A stretch of 25,271 nucleotides of DNA from a virus (IMGVR_UViG_3300037755_000321:1-25271); one strand, 5' to 3'. Counted from the stretch's first letter, positions 1-7,021 are shown. Translations and numbers: made by a program. The notes: generated by a model from the letters alone, not told the origin.

Positions 1-242
1 CGCAACAGGTGCAGCGCACGAAGTCCTGATACCCACATGGCCGCAGCTAGCACCAGGAGCACAGTGGGGAATACCCATGGGTGCTCGTGCATGAACTGCT
101 CTCGCGGAGTCCAATGCACCATGTCGATAGTGTCGTTCGACAGTTTCACGGCTACCGCCAGTCCGATTACCGTGGTGAGCGTGCACAGCACCGAACCGCC
201 CGCCCACGCCGATAGTTCAACTTTGAACCGATACCAGTTCAT
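1..242 (-). CDS. Small membrane protein, truncated at the window edge (MNWYRFKVELSAWAGGSVLCTLTTVIGLAVAV...)
   Basis: Translated by hand, not in the ORF track. ATG at 242 overlaps the TGA of 239..475 (ATGA). Two hydrophobic segments; frame stays open to base 1. Confidence 0.75.
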   Translation of the reverse strand, partial: MNWYRFKVELSAWAGGSVLCTLTTVIGLAVAVKLSNDTIDMVHWTPREQFMHEHPWVFPTVLLVLAAAMWVSGLRALHLL

Positions 243-475
243 CGGAGTCGACGCGCCTTCCCGTTGTCCTCGAAGCGTTGCGCCAAGCGCTCAGCGTGTC
301 GAACGGAGCGGCACGAACGCGTGTCGATGGCCTTGGTCCCCCACTTATCGTCAACAGACTGTACCCACAAATTCGCCTTACCGGTCGTCGTCGTCAGCAG
401 GATGAACCTGTACCTGAAACTTTCCGCGTTGTACCTGTTCGGGCTCTCAGCGTCTTTCTGCCATTCGAGTCTCAT
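239..475 (-). CDS. Hypothetical protein, 78 aa
   Basis: ATGA overlap with the translocase stop, GGAGG upstream, coupled at both ends. Confidence 0.75.
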   Translation of the reverse strand: MRLEWQKDAESPNRYNAESFRYRFILLTTTTGKANLWVQSVDDKWGTKAIDTRSCRSVRHAERLAQRFEDNGKARRLR

Positions 476-2298
476 CGGTCATTCCTCCTGTTGAACGCTG
501 CTTCAAGCTTATCTCTGCGGTATCCGCGAGCCTTCTCACCGTTGCCCATCGCGAAGGCGTTCGGTTCGACCTCAACGCCATGCACGCGCATACGCACGTG
601 CACCTCAGTGTCAGCGACGCCGAGCGCAGTAGCGAGCCGAGCCGTTGACACACCTTGCAGACCTTCGGACAGCTCAAGCGCGACCACAAGCGCATCCTTC
701 GCGTCGACCACGGGGGCGAGTGTCTTCGCCCGACGCCAAGGCGAACGCGGCTCAAGCGCCTTTACGTGCTCTTTCGTCATGTGCCACACGCGGGTAGGGT
801 CCGGTGTCCGGTCCTCACCCTGCACGCGGACAAGTGACCACCCGCCCTTGAGGAGGTCTTCTGCGTGCCAGCCCTTAGCGGTGGCATCCTCGCCAAGCAC
901 GTTGCGAGCCTCGGTAGGGGACGATACAGCCATGCACACCTGCGAGGTCAGCTGAGCCGAGATAGCGGAGTCGAGACCCTTACCGGGGCCGGTCACCGTG
1001 GGTTTCTGCGTAGCCCACCAGAGCGGAATCTGTGCCGACCGCGCGCGGCGAGCGATCGAACGCAGGCCGGTCACGGCGTCGGGAACCTCCGACATCAGCT
1101 CCGCACCCTCGTCAACGACGACGACGATACGCGGACGCTCAGGCGTAGGCTCCCAGGTGTCGAGGCTTTCGGTACGCATGATCGCCTCACGCTCTTTCAT
1201 CTCGGCCACTAGATCGTCAATGACCGACTGGATACCGTCCGCCTCGGATTCGACGCGAGCGACGTGTGCCCAGAGCGCGCCTTCTACTTTCAGGTCAATG
1301 ATGACGATCATGGTGTTCGGGAACGCGAGCGCTTCCGCCATGAGCACGCGCAACGCCACCGATTTGCCAGCGCCGGACATGCCCGCGACACTGAGCCGGT
1401 CGGTCACGTCGACACTGACGACTTCGCCCGTGTCGGCATTGAGCCCGAGGCCCTTGCGATCCGGCGACCAGGTGAGGTCCAGGTCTCGCACGCGGGTGCG
1501 GATACGGAGCACGGCCCGGTCTGCGGTACCTCCCGGCTTGACTTGCGTCTTGACCTCATCAGGAACCGCGAGCAGTGCTCGCAGTTGATCCACCTGGGTG
1601 TCCAGTTTCGCTGGCGTCCACAGTCCCGCGAACTCCATGGGGATCAGGATGCCGGACTCATCGATGACCGGCGAACCCGGGAACACCTCGTGCAGCTTGC
1701 GATCGGTTGCGTTGGCCTCCCAGGTGTGCACCCGGTCGATGATCGCTGATTCCTGCCCGTTGGGCTTGAGTCCCGCCTCAGCGTGTTTCCGGGAGAACAG
1801 GCGCGTCTTCTCTTCGGCGGGGGCGAGCGTGGTCACCGACTGCACCGGCGCTTTGTCGTCGCGGTGCGTCCACCCGAGCCATGCCAAGTACCCGTACGCG
1901 GCAGGCCATGCAAGGAGCGCGCCCGGGTTGCCTTCGATGGACACCCATGGCGGCACGATGAGCGCGCACGCAGGGACAGCGATCGTGAGCGCGCATCGGA
2001 GCGCGCGCGTGCCGAATGCGCGCGTGCTCACCTCAATGTCTGTGAGCGCGTGCGCGCGCGCAGGGGGCGCGCTGTGTGCGCGCCTGTTCTTCGACATGCG
2101 CGCGTGCGCGCGCATCGCCCGTTGGTGCTGCGCGCTGAGCGCGCGCGCATCTTGTTCACGGATGTGCGCCTCGATGCCTTCCGCGCGCGTCCATGCGCGC
2201 GCATCTTCGGCGAGCGCGCGCGCACCCCGCAGGGTGTAACCCCACGAGGTGCGCGCCATGCGCGCGTATGCGCGCTCGTTGTTCTCTTCGGCGCTCAT
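472..2298 (-). CDS. traB: FtsK/SpoIIIE-family DNA translocase, Streptomyces TraB-like conjugative transfer protein
   Basis: N-terminal hydrophobic segments, Walker A GMSGAGKS, IIDLK, Walker B VVVVDEGAE, ATQKP motif, and a C-terminal winged-helix-like region (STARLATALGV...RGYRR). This is the TraB domain order. Confidence 0.85.
   Translation of the reverse strand: MSAEENNERAYARMARTSWGYTLRGARALAEDARAWTRAEGIEAHIREQDARALSAQHQRAMRAHARMSKNRRAHSAPPARAHALTDIEVSTRAFGTRALRCALTIAVPACALIVPPWVSIEGNPGALLAWPAAYGYLAWLGWTHRDDKAPVQSVTTLAPAEEKTRLFSRKHAEAGLKPNGQESAIIDRVHTWEANATDRKLHEVFPGSPVIDESGILIPMEFAGLWTPAKLDTQVDQLRALLAVPDEVKTQVKPGGTADRAVLRIRTRVRDLDLTWSPDRKGLGLNADTGEVVSVDVTDRLSVAGMSGAGKSVALRVLMAEALAFPNTMIVIIDLKVEGALWAHVARVESEADGIQSVIDDLVAEMKEREAIMRTESLDTWEPTPERPRIVVVVDEGAELMSEVPDAVTGLRSIARRARSAQIPLWWATQKPTVTGPGKGLDSAISAQLTSQVCMAVSSPTEARNVLGEDATAKGWHAEDLLKGGWSLVRVQGEDRTPDPTRVWHMTKEHVKALEPRSPWRRAKTLAPVVDAKDALVVALELSEGLQGVSTARLATALGVADTEVHVRMRVHGVEVEPNAFAMGNGEKARGYRRDKLEAAFNRRNDR
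1915..2276. repeat. GCGCGC-rich patch 1, in the 5' part of the translocase gene
   Basis: About 18 separate GCGCGC-containing runs in ~360 bp, counted by eye. Confidence 0.9.
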
Positions 2299-2759
2299 CA
2301 GAATCCGCCAAGAGCCTCAGCAACGAGACCCTGCACAATGACCGTCAGGCCGCCGTACAGCACCTGAGCGAGCCCGAAAACCCACCCGTCCGCGCCGTGC
2401 GCAGCGATGGGACCGATCAGCAACGCCCAAATAGCGGCGTTGTTGTAATCGGGATCGTTCCAGATGTCGGCCACGGTCGCCACGATGGCGAGCACGCAGA
2501 TAACGCCCATGACGGCATGGGCGGGCACGACATCGAAGTTGCCCAACAGGCTGGTAAAACGGTCTGCGAGCCACGTTGACCACGTGGACGCGTAGATGAG
2601 GAACGAGGCGAAGATACCAAGCCCGAGAGCCACGTACGCCGCCTTCGTGCCACGGCCCCACTTGTAGTTGATGATGTGCGCGGCGATGAACAACACCACG
2701 GCAATCGGGCCGGTAGTGGGGTTGTTCGTGGCGTCTACAGCTGCCATAACTTCCATCAT
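2298..2759 (-). CDS. Multi-pass membrane protein, putative transfer/spread accessory
   Basis: 153 aa, 4-5 hydrophobic helices, GGAAGGA RBS, stop overlaps the translocase start. Confidence 0.8.
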   Translation of the reverse strand: MMEVMAAVDATNNPTTGPIAVVLFIAAHIINYKWGRGTKAAYVALGLGIFASFLIYASTWSTWLADRFTSLLGNFDVVPAHAVMGVICVLAIVATVADIWNDPDYNNAAIWALLIGPIAAHGADGWVFGLAQVLYGGLTVIVQGLVAEALGGF

Positions 2760-2794
2760 TTCATCCTTCCGTCTAGGTCTTAGGTCTGCATTAA

Positions 2795-2800
2795 ATTATA
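2795..2800 (-). promoter_or_regulatory. Putative -10 box (TATAAT) for the membrane protein-translocase operon
   Basis: Perfect TATAAT ~36 bp upstream of the start, followed by CAGACCTA. The same arrangement occurs at 7846-7851. Confidence 0.6.
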
Positions 2801-2809
2801 CACCCGCCT

Positions 2810-3081
2810 GGCACGGCACACCAGGTGGGATGCCCTCGTGGTTGCGGTGACCTGCGGAAACGCTTCGAGAGCGGTGCTCTCGGCACACCGTGCCGCTGTG
2901 CCAAAACAGTGTTTCCGCAGGTCAACCGTGGTTTAGCGATGTTCCAGTGGGTGTGCCGTTGGCACGACTCCGGCACACCTTCCCTAAGGGTGTGCCGGTC
3001 GCTGTGCCGCTAGTACCCGAGCGCCTTGCGGACCGGCGTGATCCACCTGGCGACGTGGTTGGGCACCCGCTGTGCGGGCAC
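2810..3081. repeat. GGCAC/GTGCC repeat cluster with a 14-bp inverted repeat (clt-like or operator array)
   Basis: 12 GGCAC/GTGCC copies. TGACCTGCGGAAAC (2848-2861) is inverted at 2911-2924. CCGGCACACC/GGTGTGCCGG hairpin at 2970-2998. Confidence 0.75.
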
Positions 3082-4251
3082 TGCAAGCTCGCCGCGCGTG
3101 GGAAGCTTGCCATTCTTCTCCACGTACTCAAGCATCCATGCCTTCATGTCCACAGGCGCGGGGCTGTGCTCTTTGATCGCGTCGATCAGTTCGGACACAG
3201 GATGCGCGCTCACGACGGGAGCAGGCGCGCGCACCTCTTCGACATGCGCGCTCGTCTCGGTGAGCGCGCGCGCGTCGCCCGGAACATGCGCGCTCTCTTC
3301 GAGTGCGCGCGCGGGAGGCGCGCTCACCGGGCGCACAACGCGCGCGCTGTGAGTGCGCGCGCTCGTCGACGCGCGCTCATTCCATGGGTTCATGTGCGCG
3401 ACCGCTTCGGGAGCGAGCGCGCGCGCACCGGCATAGCGCGCGGCGATGCGCGTCTGAATGCGCGCGCGCACCTCGGGAGTAAGGATGCCGAGCGCGTCCG
3501 CGCGCGCCCATGCGCGATCGTATGCGCGCTCATGGAACGCGCGCATCCACTTGTGCCCGACGTTCACGGCGTAGGCGTGGTTCACAATCTGGGTGATGAG
3601 TCGTTCAGTGACGACCGTGCTCGCATCCTGCGAGGTAGCCTTGCCGCGCTTCATGCGGTACCAGGTGACCAGTGGAGAAGTCTTGTGCGGGCGCCCGAAG
3701 GTGATGACCACGTGCCACGCGACGGCAGCCAGGAGAGGCCACAGCGCGAAGATGGGGCTGTCACCACCCCACCAGGCGATGACACCCATGAGCGACGCCA
3801 TCGACCACACGCCAGCCTCATACCGGTTGAAGCCTTCACCCTTGGTCATGTGCCGCAGGGACAGCGCGCCAAGGATCGCAAGCCAAGCCTCGAACACGAT
3901 CACAGCGGAGATCGCTGCGTCAAGCGAGGTGAGGCCGATGTGCTGGATAGCGGTGATCGTCGCGTGCGCGCTCAGGTTCGTTGCCGCGAGCGCAACGAGC
4001 GCGACTGCGCTCATGAGCGTGACGCGCAGGCGCGCGTCCGCGCGCGCGCCTGATGCGCGCGCATCGGCCTTGCGCTGCGCGCGCGCTTCCATGTCGGGGC
4101 GCTTGATCTCGCCCCAGATGCGCGCGCGTTCCCGTGCGCGCTCGCGCGCGCCTTGGGAGGTTCGCCAGAAGATGAGCGCGAGCATGAGCGCGCCCAGCGC
4201 GCACGCGCTCATGAGTGCGCCTGACGGTGTTGACGTAAAATCTTCCATCAT
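3010..4251 (-). CDS. Membrane protein with Spd/DUF2637-like architecture (TM bundle, Pro/Ala-rich linker, C-terminal HTH-like region)
   Basis: Several TM segments, low-complexity linker, C-terminal LPTRGELAV...VARWI. GAAGGA RBS favours a start at 4251 or 4248 over 4281. Upstream of the translocase on the same strand. Confidence 0.7.
   Translation of the reverse strand: MMEDFTSTPSGALMSACALGALMLALIFWRTSQGARERARERARIWGEIKRPDMEARAQRKADARASGARADARLRVTLMSAVALVALAATNLSAHATITAIQHIGLTSLDAAISAVIVFEAWLAILGALSLRHMTKGEGFNRYEAGVWSMASLMGVIAWWGGDSPIFALWPLLAAVAWHVVITFGRPHKTSPLVTWYRMKRGKATSQDASTVVTERLITQIVNHAYAVNVGHKWMRAFHERAYDRAWARADALGILTPEVRARIQTRIAARYAGARALAPEAVAHMNPWNERASTSARTHSARVVRPVSAPPARALEESAHVPGDARALTETSAHVEEVRAPAPVVSAHPVSELIDAIKEHSPAPVDMKAWMLEYVEKNGKLPTRGELAVPAQRVPNHVARWITPVRKALGY
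3203..3545. repeat. GCGCGC-rich patch 2
   Basis: About 16 GCGCGC-containing runs in ~340 bp, counted by eye. Confidence 0.9.
3961..4210. repeat. GCGCGC-rich patch 3
   Basis: About 10 GCGCGC-containing runs in ~250 bp, counted by eye. Confidence 0.85.
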
Positions 4252-4286
4252 GAGTCCTTCATCTTGGGGGACTCCCACCATAGCAC

Positions 4287-4325
4287 GAAAGAAAGCGGGT
4301 ACCCCTTGGGTACCCGCTTTCTTTC
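4287..4325. terminator. Bidirectional intrinsic terminator
   Basis: Perfect 18-bp inverted repeat GAAAGAAAGCGGGTACCC-ctt-GGGTACCCGCTTTCTTTC with a T-rich tail on both strands. Confidence 0.85.
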
Positions 4326-4400
4326 ACCGTACGGAACTCACGCCTAGCTTTCACTGCCAGCAGGCACCTTATAGACCGGTTCCGAACTCTTTATCAATTA

Positions 4401-4748
4401 TCAGTGCCAGAACGCCAGCACGACCGCGATACGAATCGCGATGAAGACCGAAGCAAGAACCACGGTTACGGTGGTGAGTACTCGATACGGCTTGTTGATG
4501 TCCTTGAGATCGATCAGCCACGGAACCCACATGAACCCGAGCATGAAGTACTTGGCACACAGCGAGGTCAGATCAGGCGTTTCCCACCAGAGCATGAACG
4601 CGATTGTGAACAGCCCATACAAGAAGGCTGCCGAAGCGGTCCCGCTTCGCCGGTTGTCGCCTTCCGGCTGCCTGCCGATCAAAGCGAAGTTGAACGCGCC
4701 AATCAGCAGGTACAGCGTGGTGTGCACAATCAGAATCGCAGTGTCCAT
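4401..4748 (-). CDS. Small four-TM membrane protein
   Basis: 115 aa hydrophobic ORF with ACGACGAAAGGA RBS. Confidence 0.8.
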   Translation of the reverse strand: MDTAILIVHTTLYLLIGAFNFALIGRQPEGDNRRSGTASAAFLYGLFTIAFMLWWETPDLTSLCAKYFMLGFMWVPWLIDLKDINKPYRVLTTVTVVLASVFIAIRIAVVLAFWH

Positions 4749-4773
4749 CTTTCATCCTTTCGTCGTAATTGCG

Positions 4774-4846
4774 TGGACCGTGTCGGATTCGAACCGACAA
4801 CCCTCTGCTTGCAAAACAGACGCTCTACCGTTGGAGCTAACAGCCC
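4774..4846 (-). tRNA. tRNA-Ala (UGC)
   Basis: Cloverleaf GGGCTGT/ACGGTCC-A with the G3:U70 alanine determinant, anticodon loop TTTGCAA, T loop TTCGAAT. CCA not encoded. Confidence 0.95.
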
Positions 4847-4963
4847 TAGGGAGAACAAGCCTCGCGAAGACTCACCCTCCCAGATGTTTGGAGATGTGGT
4901 ACACCAAAACCACATGACGGCACTTAACCCGCCTATACCAACGTCGCGACATCCGGCGTCCCG

Positions 4964-5036
4964 TACACCGTGAGGGAGTCGAACCCCCGACCCGCTGTTT
5001 GTAAGACAGCCGCTCGTTCCACTGAGCTAACGGTGC
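4964..5036 (-). tRNA. tRNA-Val (UAC)
   Basis: GCACCGT/ACGGTGT-A acceptor, GCTGT-CTTACAA-ACAGC anticodon arm, GTTCGAC T loop. Confidence 0.93.
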
Positions 5037-5169
5037 TTGCGGGGCACATGCCTAGATGTCGTTTAAGACTACGGATCTCCATCCGAGTCCCCCTGTTGGC
5101 GAACACCCAGCCGGTTACGGCTGTCATTCACACCCCGGAAGGTACCTCCCGAGGTCCTGTACCCCGCAA
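5037..5169 (-). ncRNA. Candidate multi-stem structured RNA (~133 nt), family unknown
   Basis: 12-bp closing stem TTGCGGGGTACA/TGTGCCCCGCAA encloses three hairpins. G-U pairs favour the minus strand. Abuts the 5' end of tRNA-Val. Confidence 0.6.
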
Positions 5170-5222
5170 GCGTACGCACTATCACTAATGCGCCCTACAC
5201 GGTGCTGACCGGTACCTCATTG

Positions 5223-5289
5223 CGTGCTGCCGGGGACTTGAACCCCGCACCTCCATTACCTGGTGCTCTGCCAACTGAGCTAGCAGCAC
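5223..5289 (-). ncRNA. tRNA-like RNA with a truncated anticodon arm (67 nt)
   Basis: Perfect acceptor stem GTGCTGC/GCAGCAC, D arm GCTC-AGTTGGCA-GAGC, T arm CGGGG-TTCAAGT-CCCCG, but the anticodon arm is only CCA-GGTAA-TGG. Confidence 0.85.
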
Positions 5290-5403
5290 TACCCCGAAAC
5301 CACTCGGGGCCTTTGTATCCGCGTCGGGAGCTACCCGACCGAACCTGAGTCCGTGACGCTGGTTAAGCGCTGTCGACTTGTGGTGTACGGACTAAACACA
5401 CCG

Positions 5404-5479
5404 TAGCGAGTGCAGGATTTGAACCTGCGGTCTTCAGTTTATGAGACTGACGAGGACAACCGGACTCCTCTAACCCGCT
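5404..5479 (-). tRNA. tRNA with CAU anticodon (Met; Ile2 or initiator status not resolved)
   Basis: AGCGGGT/ACTCGCT-A acceptor, TCAGT-CTCATAA-ACTGA anticodon arm, GTTCAAATC T loop. Lacks the three G-C pairs and the 1:72 mismatch of a canonical initiator. Confidence 0.9.
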
Positions 5480-5519
5480 ATGTGCCGGACCGAAGTCCGG
5501 CCTCACTATCCTACCGCGC

Positions 5520-5804
5520 CTAGCTTCGGTCGTCGCGTCCATGCCGCAAGCCTTCCCGAAGCACTCGGCGGATCGTGTCGGGGTGGTTGGGTCCCTCCGG
5601 CAGGCGGGGCTCAATAACGGCGTAGACGCCCTTGTGCGTGCTGTACCGGTCGCCGGTGTAGTGCAGGAATCCGTGAATGACAGTCACGTGTCCGATTACC
5701 ACCGGGTATTTCTTACCGACGCTCTGAGCGGCGTCAATGACCTGGTAGTCAGTCATGCCCATGCGGTTGACGGTGATCTCTTCGGCGTAAGCGGTGATGT
5801 TCAT
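5520..5804 (-). CDS. Hypothetical protein
   Basis: ORF downstream of a strong promoter. AAAGGA spacing favours ATG 5804 (alternative 5813). Confidence 0.75.
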   Translation of the reverse strand: MNITAYAEEITVNRMGMTDYQVIDAAQSVGKKYPVVIGHVTVIHGFLHYTGDRYSTHKGVYAVIEPRLPEGPNHPDTIRRVLREGLRHGRDDRS

Positions 5805-5849
5805 GTCGTTCATCCTTTGTCTTTGGCCTTCGTTCTTGCTGATAAGAGA

Positions 5850-5878
5850 ACACTATCAGTGTCCCCCGGGGCTGTCAA
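5850..5878 (-). promoter_or_regulatory. Principal-sigma-type promoter, probably driving the tRNA island
   Basis: TTGACA-17 bp-TAGTGT with a TGn extension; AAGAAAGTT lies 11 bp upstream of the -35. Confidence 0.75.
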
Positions 5879-5909
5879 CCCCGGGGTCAAACTTTCTTGT
5901 TCCCGCAGG

Positions 5910-6428
5910 TCAGACCAGGTACCACAGGTACTTGGTACCTTCGGTGTTCTCCATGCGAACCTTCCCGTCACTCTGGAGGCGGCGCAGCGACGTGTACACG
6001 TTCGCCTCCTTCTCGCGGAGTTCCGTAGCGAGCTGTGGCTTCGAGAGACCTTCGGGGTTCTCGGCGAGCAACTGGAGGATCGTCGCGTTCCGCTTCGCCA
6101 CAGCGGCGGACATCGGACGGCCACGCTTCGGCTCAATGGCTTCGCTCACCTGCTCAGGGCTGGCGGGGTCGAATTCCGGAAGAGGTGTTCCGCTGGTGGG
6201 GTCCAGCTCCACAGGCAGTTCTGTCACAGGCTCAGGCGCCGAAGCGTGAACGAGTGCAGCCGCTTCCGCAGCCGCAGCTTTCATCGCTTCGAGGTCAGGC
6301 TTCGGCTCCGCGACCGGGGTGGGCGTCGCGCGAGGCGCAGCCTTAGGTGCGGGTTCCGCTGCCTTCCGCTGCATCTCCGCTCGCTTCTCGAACGCGTTCT
6401 TTTTCTGTCGGTTTGTCGCCACGTACAT
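5910..6428 (-). CDS. Winged-helix DNA-binding protein with an AT-hook-like motif
   Basis: Pro/Ala-rich N-terminus, PKRGRP, then ILQLLAENPEGLSKPQLATELREKEANVYTSLRRL. GGAGGT RBS. Confidence 0.75.
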   Translation of the reverse strand: MYVATNRQKKNAFEKRAEMQRKAAEPAPKAAPRATPTPVAEPKPDLEAMKAAAAEAAALVHASAPEPVTELPVELDPTSGTPLPEFDPASPEQVSEAIEPKRGRPMSAAVAKRNATILQLLAENPEGLSKPQLATELREKEANVYTSLRRLQSDGKVRMENTEGTKYLWYLV

Positions 6429-6449
6429 GAGTTTACCTCCAAAGAGTGA

Positions 6450-6475
6450 AAGGGGACCCCAGTCGGGGTCCCCTT
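6450..6475 (-). terminator. Intrinsic terminator-like hairpin after the SSB gene
   Basis: AAGGGGACCCC-4 nt-GGGGTCCCCTT followed by a short T-rich tail on the minus strand. Confidence 0.65.
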
Positions 6476-6481
6476 GGGTGT

Positions 6482-7009
6482 TTAGAAGCCGGGATCGATC
6501 GTGCTGCCACCGGCCATAGCGGGAGCGCCGCCACCGACAGGCGGGAACTCGGTGACCGCCATGGCCCCGTCACGCGGAGCCTTGAACGACCAGGCAACTT
6601 CGATCTGCGGGTTACCCTCGCGGTCGGTCTGCGCTTCACCGTTGCGCTTGGCAACCTGCGTCTTCGCGGTCACGGTCTTGCCGATGATGGCGCGGGCGAT
6701 CTGGTCAAGCGTCGGACGCTGGCTGACGAGGACTTCATCGGAGATCCCGAACGCCTTCATGTTCTGCATGAACATCGACGCGTTGGCCTCGGTCATGTAG
6801 ATGCGGTGGGCGTACGTCGTCGGACGCTTGCCCGCGTGCTCGCCTTCGGTGATCTTGAGTCGCATCTCGATCTGCGGCGTTTTCTTCTGGCTGGACTCGC
6901 CGGACTCGGCGGATTCGACGCGGACCTGATAGGTACCGATCGGCGCGCACTCGGTGAATCCTTCGGTCTTGGCCTTCGCGACAAGGACATCCCACGGGAC
7001 AGTAGTCAT
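6482..7009 (-). CDS. Phage single-stranded DNA-binding protein (DUF669-like)
   Basis: PIGTYQVRVESAE...IEMRLKITEGEHAGK pattern, flexible tail ending DPGF, directly downstream of a Sak4-like ATPase. Confidence 0.7.
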   Translation of the reverse strand: MTTVPWDVLVAKAKTEGFTECAPIGTYQVRVESAESGESSQKKTPQIEMRLKITEGEHAGKRPTTYAHRIYMTEANASMFMQNMKAFGISDEVLVSQRPTLDQIARAIIGKTVTAKTQVAKRNGEAQTDREGNPQIEVAWSFKAPRDGAMAVTEFPPVGGGAPAMAGGSTIDPGF

Positions 7010-7021
7010 GATGTGTGTTCC

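Noticed and set aside
278-4444. Long plus-strand ORFs (278..955, 998..1588, 1598..2239, 2890..4053, 3593..4444)
   Set aside because: Antisense shadows of well-supported minus-strand genes in high-GC DNA; no motifs.
5037-5400. Hammerhead, twister, 5S or Y RNA identity for the structured spacers
   Set aside because: I could not find the required cores (for example CUGANGA...GAAA), and no Ro/Rsr gene is in the window; left unassigned.
4774-5479. tRNAs as host genes marking an integration site
   Set aside because: No duplicated tRNA 3' end or integrase is visible, and element-type genes with the same RBS motif lie on both sides.
4730-5614. Short ORFs across the RNA island
   Set aside because: They overlap clear tRNA cloverleafs and lack convincing RBSs.
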